Source of the DNA: Negativicutes bacterium
GTDB taxonomy: Bacteria; Bacillota; Negativicutes; UBA1444
DNA length: 64,000 nt
Direction of reading: 5' to 3'
Assembly (NCBI GenBank): GCA_963665275.2
Contig: CAXXIN010000016.1
Span: 160,001-224,000 of the forward strand
In this document: piece after piece, positions 9,714 through 19,639 of the stretch
How positions within the stretch are numbered: position 1 is the stretch's first letter
How the letters are laid out: each line of letters begins with the position of its first letter
Notes under the pieces: model-generated
The model's database searches: none
The model's input: only the letters and a program-made list of their open reading frames with translations
What the model was told of the DNA's origin: nothing
Translations under genes and position numbers: made by a program

Positions 9714-11048
9714 GTGAAGTCCATTGTTAAGTTTCTGGTTTTTGGGATGATACTGTTGATTCCGCTGAGTGTTTCAGCTGGGGTAAAGGAAGATTACGAG
9801 TACTCGCAGAAGATGCGTTTGGCGGCAGCCGCCTGTCTCGGCTCTTACAGCAACCCGAATGGCCAACTGATTACTGAGCTTGCCAAACGGGAGGGCTGGA
9901 AGGTTGAAAAGTTCGAAAAAGTCGAGGACCATGCAGATGTTCAATATATGCTGTTGAATAATGAACAATTCGCTGCGGGACGTCATGTTTATTTGTTGGC
10001 TGTGGCCGGCACCGAAACCAATCAGGATCTCAAAGTCGACCTTCGGGTTAAAAAGGTCTATTTTGACGGGGCTACACGGGAAGAATTCGCCGCAAATGCT
10101 GAGCGGCAGGATGTTCCGCCTAACGCGCCCAGAGTGCACGAGGGGTTCAACCAGGTGACGCAGATACTCCTATCTGTGGAACTGGAACAGGCTCAAGGTG
10201 AGGACGCTGGCCAAAAGAAGCTGCTGACGACGCTTTTGCTGGAAAATCCGGACGCCAAGGTCTTTCTCACAGGACACAGCCTGGGCGGCGCCGCAGTGAC
10301 TTTGCTTGCGGCTCGTATGTTGGAAATGGGCGTGCGCCCAGAACAGATTGAAGTCGTTACCTTTGGAGCTCCTACGGCAGGTAACGAAGCCTTTGTGAAA
10401 AAATATACCGGCAAATTCGCACTGACCCCGGTTGTTGTGGAAGGCGATCCTATTCCCGTAGCGCTACGCAGGGTTTACGGCGGCTATCGCGAGCTTGGGC
10501 AAAAGGTCGTTTGGAATGTCCCGGCTGCCTTAATGGTTTACTCGCGGCACGATATGACGGTATATCTGGATCTGGCGATCAAAAAATATCTGACAGCCAT
10601 GCGCCAGGCGGAATTCGCCGGAGTGCTACCGATTGCCGAACCGATCCAAGGGCAACCGCGTCTGTATGTGGCGCCGATCCTCGATAGCCTCCCCAATGAA
10701 CTGCAAGGGGAATGGACCTATATGCGGAATGTGCTGCTGCAACGGTATGAGCATATCTCGCCCGGGTTCGTCCTTGACCCCGGAGCTGCCTTCGACAAGA
10801 CTACCAGGGACAAAGCTTTGGCAGCTGGATGTGAGTTGATGGTAGTGCCGGAAATCAAGGCGACGAAATACCAAAACGACTTTTATACGATTACCCTGCA
10901 ACAGAAGGTTTACAGAGTTAAAGACGGCGAACTTGTCAGTGAAGGAACTTACAGCAGCAACACGTTGGAGCTTACGCCGATGGAGGCGATGATCTTCCAA
11001 GCCAGGGCCATGGATAACGAAAGCGGGGCCTGGATAAATCCGAAATAA
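9714..11048 (+). CDS. Secreted lipase class 3 family protein with an extra C-terminal domain
   Basis: Signal peptide ending VSA; VHEGF, GHSLGG nucleophile elbow, TFGAP, DPIP. Confidence 0.85.
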   Translation: MKSIVKFLVFGMILLIPLSVSAGVKEDYEYSQKMRLAAAACLGSYSNPNGQLITELAKREGWKVEKFEKVEDHADVQYMLLNNEQFAAGRHVYLLAVAGTETNQDLKVDLRVKKVYFDGATREEFAANAERQDVPPNAPRVHEGFNQVTQILLSVELEQAQGEDAGQKKLLTTLLLENPDAKVFLTGHSLGGAAVTLLAARMLEMGVRPEQIEVVTFGAPTAGNEAFVKKYTGKFALTPVVVEGDPIPVALRRVYGGYRELGQKVVWNVPAALMVYSRHDMTVYLDLAIKKYLTAMRQAEFAGVLPIAEPIQGQPRLYVAPILDSLPNELQGEWTYMRNVLLQRYEHISPGFVLDPGAAFDKTTRDKALAAGCELMVVPEIKATKYQNDFYTITLQQKVYRVKDGELVSEGTYSSNTLELTPMEAMIFQARAMDNESGAWINPK

Positions 11049-11107
11049 AAGTAAACTCCTTCAAGTTTGCGAAGCCGAATCTATGAAGCCGGCATAAATA
11101 TAACCAG

Positions 11108-11151
11108 TCAACAAAAGGCTTCCGACGAAATTGTCGGAAGCCTTTTGTTGA
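11108..11151 (+). terminator. Perfect 19-bp inverted repeat, terminator of the lipase gene
   Basis: tcaacaaaaggcttccgac-gaaatt-gtcggaagccttttgttga. Confidence 0.75.
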
Positions 11152-11342
11152 TTTGGGAAGCAAAAAAATAATGTGCTTGCTTAATTGGTGCGGCGATACT
11201 TCGGTGCAATCCACGATTGCCAACTACCACCGAAATAAAGGAAATAAGCCGAGCGGTGTCTAATCAGTTTTATTAGAGTCATTGTCCGGCACACGGCGCG
11301 TTTGTTCGCATGGCGCCAACGACGACAGAGGAGGAACCTGAC

Positions 11343-12944
11343 ATGCCAGCCTTGCTGCGTCACCCTGTAACCATATTGTTATTGGCACTCTGCATTTTAG
11401 GATTTTCGGGGAGCCCCGTTGGCGCGGAGGACTTTTTGCCAGCCAGAGGACCGGCTACAGTCAGTTTTAACAATCAGGCCCTTTTTATACTGACTCCGGT
11501 TACCGAAAACTACACTGCGGAAGAAAGGGCCCGCATCATTGAGGACAGAATTCGGGATATTATCGAGGAACTGCATGATTCAAAACCCGACTACCAGTTG
11601 GTTGATATTCCGGGTGCAACCAGGGTTCTGATTGGTGACAAACTGCTCATGGTTGTCAACGACGAAGATGCCCAGACCGAAAAAATGCCCCGACGTATGT
11701 TGGCGGAAAAACGTGCGCAGCTGGTAGAAAAGGCAATTCGGCGGTATCAGGACGAATATCAGCAAAAAAGTGTTTTGTTCCGCGTGGGCATTGCCGTTGT
11801 TACAACCGTAATTTTCGTTTTCCTGTGGCGGTTCTTAGGATGGCTGTTTCACCGCTTGGATGGGGTCCTGCAGTCCCGGCAAGCCCGAGCACTCCCTGTA
11901 TTAAAGATTCTCCTGCTTTCGGAACAGCTTGCGAAGTCATTCTTGAAAAATGTTCCCCGGGTTTCCCTGTGGTTCATCCGGATGTTGCTCTTGTACAGTT
12001 ATACCTTTGTGCTATTAAAAATTTCTCCCAGAACACGGGAATATTCTGACCAAATTTTGTCTTACTTCTGGCGCCCCCTCACCGATGTTGCGGCTTTCCT
12101 GTTCGAAATTCTGCCGGATCTGGCCACCATCCTGGTTATCTTGGTCATTTTTTGGTATATATTAGGATTTATACGGTTTATCTGCAAGGAAATTGAAAAA
12201 GGCAAACTCACATTGGGTAGCTTTCATCCGGAGTGGGTTGCCCCAACCTATGCATTGATCCGAATTCTGGTCATTGCGCTCGCCGTCATTGCCATATTCC
12301 CCTATATACCCGGTTCCCACTCACCCGTATTCCAGGGAATGTCCGTTTTTTTAGGACTGTTGTTTTCTGTTTCCTCTTCCTCCGCGCTTTCAAACATTGT
12401 GGCAGGCTACGTGCTTATCTATACCCGGGCCTTTAAAGAGGGGGATGTCATCCGCGTCGGTGAGTACAGCGGAATCGTTGAACACCAGGCACTGCTGGCC
12501 ACTCGCGTCCTGACCTTCAAGAACGAGTCGGTAACTGTGCCCAACTCTTTGATTCTGAGCGGTTCCATCATGAACTTCAGCGCGCATATTCATGGCCAGG
12601 AAAAAGGTCTTACACTTCATACCACTGTCACCATTGGTTATGACGCGCCCTGGCGCAAGGTTCACGAACTGTTGAAACTTGCTGCAGACCGCACTGAAAA
12701 CGTTCTGAAGGATCCGCCTCCTTTTGTGCTGCAGACCGCACTGAATGATTTTTACGTTGCCTACGAATTGAACGCTTTCACTCGCGTGCCGGAGAAAATA
12801 CCTGCCCTCTATTCGGATCTGCACCGTAACATTCAGGATTGTTTCAACGAAGGCGGCGTTGAAATCATGTCGCCGCATTATACCGCCTTCCGCAACGGCA
12901 ACCAAACCACCATTCCGGAGAGTTATCATCCGGGCGAACATTGA
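11343..12944 (+). CDS. MscS family mechanosensitive channel with N-terminal extracytoplasmic domain
   Basis: NIVAG…RAFKEGDVI, VTVPNS and IGYDAPW motifs; ATG 11343 behind GAGGAGG. Confidence 0.9.
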   Translation: MPALLRHPVTILLLALCILGFSGSPVGAEDFLPARGPATVSFNNQALFILTPVTENYTAEERARIIEDRIRDIIEELHDSKPDYQLVDIPGATRVLIGDKLLMVVNDEDAQTEKMPRRMLAEKRAQLVEKAIRRYQDEYQQKSVLFRVGIAVVTTVIFVFLWRFLGWLFHRLDGVLQSRQARALPVLKILLLSEQLAKSFLKNVPRVSLWFIRMLLLYSYTFVLLKISPRTREYSDQILSYFWRPLTDVAAFLFEILPDLATILVILVIFWYILGFIRFICKEIEKGKLTLGSFHPEWVAPTYALIRILVIALAVIAIFPYIPGSHSPVFQGMSVFLGLLFSVSSSSALSNIVAGYVLIYTRAFKEGDVIRVGEYSGIVEHQALLATRVLTFKNESVTVPNSLILSGSIMNFSAHIHGQEKGLTLHTTVTIGYDAPWRKVHELLKLAADRTENVLKDPPPFVLQTALNDFYVAYELNAFTRVPEKIPALYSDLHRNIQDCFNEGGVEIMSPHYTAFRNGNQTTIPESYHPGEH

Positions 12945-12978
12945 CTTTGTTTGCGGCGAGGGAAATCTGCGCCCATCA

Positions 12979-14712
12979 CTATTCAAGGGGTTTCTTGGTG
13001 CTATGGAGGGAATCTGACCATTCATTCAAGTGACGATGCGCTACCTCGCGTCCGCCCAGGCCGAAAGCCAAGGCTGCCGCAACCGCGACCGCTCCAAGCA
13101 GCAGCCCGAATGCCAGGTTGATGATATCGTTGGCGATTCCCATTTCACGCAGCGCCATGGCCGCAGACAAGACAAGAATGGCTGCGCGTGCAGAGTTCGC
13201 CAGTAAAGGCGCATTGGGCATTCCCCCGCTGAGGATGGCGCGGTTGGCCCAGTTGGCCAGATAGAGGCCCAATGCGAAAATGACGACGCCGAGGAGGACT
13301 TGCGCCGCAAAGACGGTGAATTTGGCCGATAAATCGGCTAGCAGTGAAAACCCCAGTACATGGGCGGTTTCCATAATCGCCAACAGCATGATCCCGAAAA
13401 GAACCAGCATCCCGACTACACGAGATGGGGGATAATCTTTGGACGCCGTCGACATGTTACCCTGTTTTTGCCAAAACTCATCAAGGCCGAACCCGGCTAG
13501 GAGTCCTGACACCAGCTGCGCCAAAAACCGGCCGCATAGGTAGGATATAACGATGAGGAGCGACGCTGCGAAAAGGTTGGGCAAGAACTCCAGCATCTTT
13601 CCGATCATCGCATTGACAGGGGTCAGCAGGCCCTGCAGGGAAAGCGTTTCCAATATTGCAGGCAGGAAGAGAAGCCAAGTCAGGGCATATAAGATGTCGC
13701 TTGCGGTTTTGGCCATGGACAGTTGATTTGTGTAGGCGGATACCTTGTCGTCCAGTCCGGAGGCACGAAGCAAACTGAAACTGAGAGACCGGACGAGGCG
13801 GGCGACTAGGCAGGCGACCAGCAGAATCAGAATGGCTCCAGCCAAATTCGGCAGGAATGACAGCAGTTTTCCGACCATTCCGTTTACCGGCGCCAAAAGA
13901 CCGCCCAGGGATAGCGCGTCGAGAATACCAGGCAGGAAGAAAAGAAATACCAAACCAAAAACAATGTTGCCGATCGTGTGACTGATGGACGTTGTCAATT
14001 CGCCCAAGCCCAGTCGCTGATTGAGATCAATGGCATCGAGTCCCGTAATCGTCAATTTGCGGAGCACCTCGGCCACAATCCAGGCAATGATGACCAAGAG
14101 GACAACGCCGACAAGGTTCGGCAGAAAAGCAAGTAGCTTGGTTATCAAGGCGTTTACAGGGTTGAGAAGTCCCTGAAGTGCCAACGCATCAAGAATAGCC
14201 GGCAAGAAAAAGAGAAAGACCAGCCCGAATACTATATCACTCAAAGATTTGGACAGAGAGATGTTGGGGATGTGCTGTGCAGCCTTCTGATCAATTTGCA
14301 GAGAAGTGAGCAATCCGTAAGTTCCCATTCTCAGCATTTTGGCAACGAGCCAGGCGACAAGAATTAACACTACGGCGCCCAGAAAGCGCGTTGAATAGAC
14401 AAGGATGCTTCCAAGCAAAAGTTTGATGGGCTCAACCAAAAGGGTCAGGTGGAACAACTCCAACAGGGCCATCAGGACAAACAAAAGAATCAGATAATAC
14501 ACAATACTGGCGATAAAATCAGTAACCCGTAGTGGCTGACTTTCGGAACACCCACCTATTTTTCCCAGGTATTCATTTAGTTTGATCCGGGATAGCAGAG
14601 TACGAGTGAGGTTTTTTAATACGCCGGCAATGAAGATACCAACGATAATGATCACGAGGGCCCCTAAAACGGTTGGAAGAAGTTCTCCCCACGGCTTGAG
14701 CAACTCGGACAT
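12979..14712 (-). CDS. Membrane protein with repeated conserved TM-helix units (CmpX/TM_helix-like)
   Basis: Repeats of FLPxILxxLxLxGLLxPVNxxxxKLLxFLPNL; C-terminal ALAFGLGGRE. Confidence 0.8.
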   Translation of the reverse strand: MSELLKPWGELLPTVLGALVIIIVGIFIAGVLKNLTRTLLSRIKLNEYLGKIGGCSESQPLRVTDFIASIVYYLILLFVLMALLELFHLTLLVEPIKLLLGSILVYSTRFLGAVVLILVAWLVAKMLRMGTYGLLTSLQIDQKAAQHIPNISLSKSLSDIVFGLVFLFFLPAILDALALQGLLNPVNALITKLLAFLPNLVGVVLLVIIAWIVAEVLRKLTITGLDAIDLNQRLGLGELTTSISHTIGNIVFGLVFLFFLPGILDALSLGGLLAPVNGMVGKLLSFLPNLAGAILILLVACLVARLVRSLSFSLLRASGLDDKVSAYTNQLSMAKTASDILYALTWLLFLPAILETLSLQGLLTPVNAMIGKMLEFLPNLFAASLLIVISYLCGRFLAQLVSGLLAGFGLDEFWQKQGNMSTASKDYPPSRVVGMLVLFGIMLLAIMETAHVLGFSLLADLSAKFTVFAAQVLLGVVIFALGLYLANWANRAILSGGMPNAPLLANSARAAILVLSAAMALREMGIANDIINLAFGLLLGAVAVAAALAFGLGGREVAHRHLNEWSDSLHSTKKPLE

Positions 14713-14990
14713 GCAAAAACACCTCCCTAATATGATGTGGCGAGGTTTCCGGGTAAAGGGTGAAAATGGGGGCTGTTACTAATATTGTATGCCCATATTT
14801 TGCTCATTACAACGATGGGCAGGCGCTGGGAAGTAACGCCAGAATGACAGGAAAAACAAGGGATGGAGCCTTTCCGGGGATGGCTGCATTACTGTGAATA
14901 AAAAAAATCGGCTAAGTTTATCCGATGATGATAATACATAATATATGGGCTGCGGAACAATAGTGGCTAAGCTAAGCCGATGAGCGTGCC

Positions 14991-15019
14991 TTGACTCCGT
15001 TGCAGATAGCTGTTAAAAT
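14991..15019 (+). promoter_or_regulatory. sigmaA promoter of SRP RNA
   Basis: TTGACT-N17-TAAAAT with extended -10 TG. Confidence 0.75.
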
Positions 15020-15043
15020 TTATTGCAATCACTATTTGGTGAA

Positions 15044-15203
15044 GTTTGCAGGGTCGGACCACGGTATGCCGTGGGTCGGGTCTTACGCAATGAAGACTTG
15101 TGAACCCCGCCAGGTCCGGAAGGAAGCAACGGTAAACGAGCCCCTTCATGTGCCGTAAGGGTGCCGGATTCCGCCGGCATACCGTGGTCCGACCCTTGTA
15201 AAC
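15044..15203 (+). ncRNA. ffs: Signal recognition particle RNA
   Basis: Domain IV core gccaggtccggaaggaagcaacgg (GGAA tetraloop), long closing helix, canonical position upstream of dnaX. Confidence 0.93.
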
Positions 15204-15206
15204 GTC

Positions 15207-15234
15207 AAAAGACAGCAACAGCTGTCTTTTTTTT
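15207..15234 (+). terminator. Terminator of SRP RNA
   Basis: aaaagacagc-aaca-gctgtctttttttt. Confidence 0.8.
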
Positions 15235-15300
15235 GATCCCGCGCAGGGAATTTCTATTGATGTGTAGAAACCTATCAGGTGCGGAAAGGGGGTGGATGTC

Positions 15301-16962
15301 ATGGCGTATAAAGCACTTTATCGGCAGTGGCGGCCACAGGACTTCGAAGGACTGATCGGTCAGGAACATGTTAGCGTTACCTTAAAGAATGCGATTCTTT
15401 CGGGCCGCATTTCACACGCATATTTGTTCACAGGCCCGCGGGGCACCGGCAAGACCAGCACTGCTAAAGTGCTGGCGAAGGCGCTGAACTGCGAAACAGG
15501 GCCGACGGCAACTCCCTGCAATCACTGTCGCTCCTGCGACCTCGTTAATGATGGGACAGCGATGGATGTCTATGAGATCGATGCCGCCTCCAATCGAGGT
15601 ATTGACGAAATCCGCGACCTGCGTGAAAACGTCAAGTTTTCTCCCGCACAGTCCCGGTACAAGATTTATATTATTGATGAAGTTCACATGCTGACGAACG
15701 AAGCGTTCAATGCTTTGCTGAAAACACTGGAAGAACCGCCCGCGCATGTCGTATTCGTGTTGGCGACCACAGAACCGCATCGGATTCCGGCGACCATTCT
15801 GTCACGGTGCCAGCGTTACGATTTCCGACGGGTCGGCCTTCGCGATCTGACAGACCATCTTGCGCACATTGCCCGCGAGTCCGGCATTGCTGCCACGCAG
15901 GAAGCGCTCCGGCTCATCGCGCTGCAATCCGACGGCGGCGTGCGGGATGCAGTAAGTATCTTGGATCAGTGCAGCGTTCTGGGCAATGACGGAGTAACGG
16001 AGACAGAAGTCCGTGAATTGCTCGGGCTGGTGGGTAGGGAAGCTGTGTATGCCTTGTTCGGCGCCGTGGCGGAACAGGACGGCGCGAAAGCTCTGGCCGT
16101 ACTGGAAGAGCAGATGGTCCTGGGGAAGGATGCACGGCAACTATTGATCGAATTGGCGGGCTATTGCCGCAGCTTGATGCTGTACCGCGCCGCGCCCAAC
16201 CTCGACAGTCCGGTTCTGGCCGCTTTCAGCCAGGAACGGCTGGCCGCGGACAGCGGCCGGTTGGAGCATCCCCAGCTGGTGCGGCTGGTGGAGCTGTTTT
16301 ATGAATCGGCCAACGATGCCCGATGGTCGATAGATCCCCGGATTACAGCCGAGATGGCGCTGTTGACGGCGTGCACGCGTGTAAAGGAAGCCCCGGCGGT
16401 GCAGGTGATAACGCCGACATTTCAAACCGCGCCCAAGGCTGAATCCAAAGTGGAGTTCAGAAACGAACCGAAAGAACCGTTCAAGCCAGTCGCGTCGCGC
16501 GTAGTTTCCGCCGCAATTCCGGTGCAGAATACACAGCCGACTCCAGCTGTGATTTCGGGTGATTCCGGTACTGCCAGTTCTTTGAGCGACCAGGATCTCG
16601 ATCGGGCGATGGAAGAGATGTTGAAGCGGGTGGAGCAGGCCGGTAAGCGATCTGTCAAGGCGTTGCTGGAGGATGCAAAAGTCGCAGGACATGCAGGCGG
16701 GGTCGTGACCTTGCTTTTCCAACGTGAGACGATCAGGGAACGAGTGGAAAAGGATGATATACGCAAGTGGCTGGAGGAATTGATGAGTCAGGCGCTGAAC
16801 ACCTCCATCCGGCTTCATTGCACCACGGTGCGTCCGGCAGGTCGGGTTAAAGGCAACACGCCGCCGACGAAACCGGACAAAGAGGAAATCCCCGCGGCAG
16901 TGCTGAAAATGCAGCAGATGTTTGGCGGGAAGATCACCAAGATAGAGGAGGAAGAACAATAA
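15301..16962 (+). CDS. dnaX: DNA polymerase III subunit gamma/tau
   Basis: MAYKALYRQWRP, GPRGTGKT, EIDAAS, DEVH and SRC motifs. Confidence 0.97.
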   Translation: MAYKALYRQWRPQDFEGLIGQEHVSVTLKNAILSGRISHAYLFTGPRGTGKTSTAKVLAKALNCETGPTATPCNHCRSCDLVNDGTAMDVYEIDAASNRGIDEIRDLRENVKFSPAQSRYKIYIIDEVHMLTNEAFNALLKTLEEPPAHVVFVLATTEPHRIPATILSRCQRYDFRRVGLRDLTDHLAHIARESGIAATQEALRLIALQSDGGVRDAVSILDQCSVLGNDGVTETEVRELLGLVGREAVYALFGAVAEQDGAKALAVLEEQMVLGKDARQLLIELAGYCRSLMLYRAAPNLDSPVLAAFSQERLAADSGRLEHPQLVRLVELFYESANDARWSIDPRITAEMALLTACTRVKEAPAVQVITPTFQTAPKAESKVEFRNEPKEPFKPVASRVVSAAIPVQNTQPTPAVISGDSGTASSLSDQDLDRAMEEMLKRVEQAGKRSVKALLEDAKVAGHAGGVVTLLFQRETIRERVEKDDIRKWLEELMSQALNTSIRLHCTTVRPAGRVKGNTPPTKPDKEEIPAAVLKMQQMFGGKITKIEEEEQ

Positions 16963-17291
16963 TGTTTGGTGGAAACGCGGGGAATATGGCCGGGATGATG
17001 AAGAAAGTCCAGAAGATGCAGGCCGATATGGAAAAGATGCAGGAAGAACTGAAGCAGAGAACCCTGGAAGTTACCGCTGGCGGCGGCGCAATCAAAGTGG
17101 TGATTTCAGGCGCCAAGGAAATTCGTTCGCTGAAGATCAACCCGGAAGCGATCGACCCAGAGGATGTCGAGATGTTGGAAGACATGCTGATCGCTGTTTT
17201 CAATGAAGCGGTCAAGAAAGTCGATGAGATGACGTCGACCGAGATGGGTAAAATAACGGGCGGCATGAACTTGCCCAAAGGCATGTTCTAG
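16962..17291 (+). CDS. ybaB: YbaB/EbfC nucleoid-associated protein
   Basis: MMKKVQKMQ…AGGG…[10 protein letters not shown]; dnaX-recR synteny. Confidence 0.95.
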   Translation: MFGGNAGNMAGMMKKVQKMQADMEKMQEELKQRTLEVTAGGGAIKVVISGAKEIRSLKINPEAIDPEDVEMLEDMLIAVFNEAVKKVDEMTSTEMGKITGGMNLPKGMF

Positions 17292-17295
17292 CCTA

Positions 17296-17907
17296 ATGAT
17301 GCCCCTTCCTTTGGCACAACTCATGGAGCATTTTCGCCGGTTGCCGGGAATCGGACCCAAAACCGCAGCGCGGTTGGCTTACCACGTGCTCGGTATGGAG
17401 CGGGAACGCGCGCTGGCATTGGCCCATTCAATCATTGAAGCCAAAGACAAAATTTCCTATTGCTCAGTGTGCTTCAGTCTTACAGATACGGATCCCTGTT
17501 CCATCTGCCGTTCTGAAACTCGTGATCATAGCGTGATTTGCGTGGTCGAAGAGCCCCGAGACGTCGCAGCGATGGAACGGACGCGCGGTCATGAACGAAA
17601 CCGCGGCTATCAGGGAACTTATCATGTTTTGCAGGGGGTTTTGTCACCGCTTGACGGAATCGGTCCGGAAAATATTCGGATCAGGGAGCTGGTTGAGCGC
17701 ATCCAGTCCAACGTTGTGAGGGAGGTCATCATGGCGACGAATCCCAATCTGGAAGGCGAAGTCACTGCGACCTATGTAGCCCGTCTTCTCAAGCCGCTTG
17801 GGATTCAGGTCACCCGTATTGCTCGCGGATTGCCGACAGGCGGGGACTTGGAATATGCTGACGAAGAGACTTTGGCCAGAGCCTTGGAGAATCGACGAGA
17901 AATCTAG
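17296..17907 (+). CDS. recR: Recombination mediator RecR
   Basis: [13 protein letters not shown] HhH, C4 zinc finger, [14 protein letters not shown]. Confidence 0.97.
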   Translation: MMPLPLAQLMEHFRRLPGIGPKTAARLAYHVLGMERERALALAHSIIEAKDKISYCSVCFSLTDTDPCSICRSETRDHSVICVVEEPRDVAAMERTRGHERNRGYQGTYHVLQGVLSPLDGIGPENIRIRELVERIQSNVVREVIMATNPNLEGEVTATYVARLLKPLGIQVTRIARGLPTGGDLEYADEETLARALENRREI

Positions 17908-17923
17908 AGAGAAGGGATAGCAA

Positions 17924-18199
17924 TTGACGATGTCTATTATTGCCGCCTATGCGATTGGGATTTTGCTGATATTGCTCTTTGGCCGCCTTCTCGTCATTCC
18001 GATTACAATCGTTTTAAAATTGGTCTATAATGGCCTGATCGGCGGCCTGGTGCTATGGCTGGTGAATCTAGTCGGCGCCCAAATGGGGTTTGCGCTTCCC
18101 ATTACCGTGTGGACGGCTTTAGTGGTTGGCTTTTTGGGATTGCCCGGCGTTGGGCTGCTAATCGTGTATTACTTTTTTCTTGTTGGGAAAATAATTTAA
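17924..18199 (+). CDS. bofA: Pro-sigmaK processing inhibitor BofA family protein
   Basis: Small membrane protein with N…N…PIT…GFLGLPGV; position after recR. Confidence 0.85.
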   Translation: MTMSIIAAYAIGILLILLFGRLLVIPITIVLKLVYNGLIGGLVLWLVNLVGAQMGFALPITVWTALVVGFLGLPGVGLLIVYYFFLVGKII

Positions 18200-18301
18200 A
18201 GCCTACTTAAGTTAAACGCAAGGAGGGATCGGCTGGAAAATAAGAACGGCAGGAACCCAAAAAAGACCGAGGCTCGGAAACATAATGAAGGGGGAGAGGT
18301 A

Positions 18302-19498
18302 ATGCAGTTATCCTACAAGATTCTCATCGGCATGGTGCTGGGGGTTATCGCCGGGCTTGCCGCCGGGCCGTCCAGTGCTCCTTTGTTGAAAGTCTGGGTT
18401 GCTCCAGTAGGGACTTTATTCATCAACCTTATTAAAATGATCATTGTGCCGGTCGTTTTGGCATCACTGGTCGTCGGCGCGGCGGCGCTGGGCGACATCA
18501 AAAAGCTTGGGCGGGTTGGCGGAAAAATCATGACGTTTTACTTGCTGACAACTGCTTTTGCCGTTTCTTTCGGCCTGTTTCTAGGTGCGATCATGCAACC
18601 AGGCAAGGGTCTGGTTGTCCCAGCCGGCGCGAAGGTGGCGCCGAAAGCGGCGCCTGCCATTTCAGACGTCCTGGTCAATCTGGTGCCGACCAATGCGTTC
18701 CAGGCCATGGCGAACGCCGATATGCTCCAGGTGATCGTGTTTGCTCTTTTTATCGGGGTTGGCATTACCATGGTTGGGGAAAAGGCCAAACCGGTCGAGG
18801 CTTTCTTTGACGGGCTGGCAGAAGTGACCTACAAAATTATCGATGTGATCATGAGTCTGGCGCCGATTGGCGTCTTTGCCCTGATCATGCCGGTGGTCGC
18901 GGTCAACGGGCCCAAGGTGTTGTTGCCGTTGGCGACGGTTATTGCTGCGGTCTATCTCGGCTGTATCCTGCATATGGTTGTCGTTTATAGCGGGTCGGTA
19001 TCTTTGCTAGGCGGGATGAGTCCGGTCCGTTTTTTCAAGGGGATTTTCCCGGCGATGCTGGTGGCTTTCTCAACCTGCAGCAGCAACGCGACCCTTCCTG
19101 TAAACATGAAATGCACCCAGGAGAACTTGGGCGTGAATAAGGATATCGCGAGTTTTTGCCTGCCGCTTGGTGCAACTGTCAACATGGATGGAACCGCCAT
19201 TTATCAGGGTGTGTGCGCCTTGTTTGTTGCCCAGGTCTATGGCATTGATCTCAATATGGGCCAATATATCACGATTGTTCTGACCGGCACACTTGCGTCC
19301 ATCGGCACCGCCGGCGTTCCCGGCGCGGGGCTGATCATGCTCACGATGGTGCTGCAATCGGTTGGGTTGCCGCTTGAAGGCATCGCGCTGGTTGCCGGCA
19401 TTGACAGAGTATTGGACATGATCCGGACGACAGTCAACATCACTGGCGACGCCGCTGGCTGCGTCGTGGTCAACAAGAGCGAATCCGGGTATAACTGA
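18302..19498 (+). CDS. Dicarboxylate/amino acid:cation symporter (GltP-like)
   Basis: FSTCSSNATLP, GATVNMDGT, GTAGVPG and DMIRTTVNITGD motifs. Confidence 0.95.
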   Translation: MQLSYKILIGMVLGVIAGLAAGPSSAPLLKVWVAPVGTLFINLIKMIIVPVVLASLVVGAAALGDIKKLGRVGGKIMTFYLLTTAFAVSFGLFLGAIMQPGKGLVVPAGAKVAPKAAPAISDVLVNLVPTNAFQAMANADMLQVIVFALFIGVGITMVGEKAKPVEAFFDGLAEVTYKIIDVIMSLAPIGVFALIMPVVAVNGPKVLLPLATVIAAVYLGCILHMVVVYSGSVSLLGGMSPVRFFKGIFPAMLVAFSTCSSNATLPVNMKCTQENLGVNKDIASFCLPLGATVNMDGTAIYQGVCALFVAQVYGIDLNMGQYITIVLTGTLASIGTAGVPGAGLIMLTMVLQSVGLPLEGIALVAGIDRVLDMIRTTVNITGDAAGCVVVNKSESGYN

Positions 19499-19639
19499 TC
19501 AGAATTTGGGATAGCGACTGCGAGGGAGCTCTGTGGCCTGATTTTGTCAGGGCACGGGGCTCCTTAATATGATTGCAGGAATTTAGGCGGATAGCGGGAA
19601 TTTATACAGCGATGGATTTCGTGCATTTGTACAGGAGGA

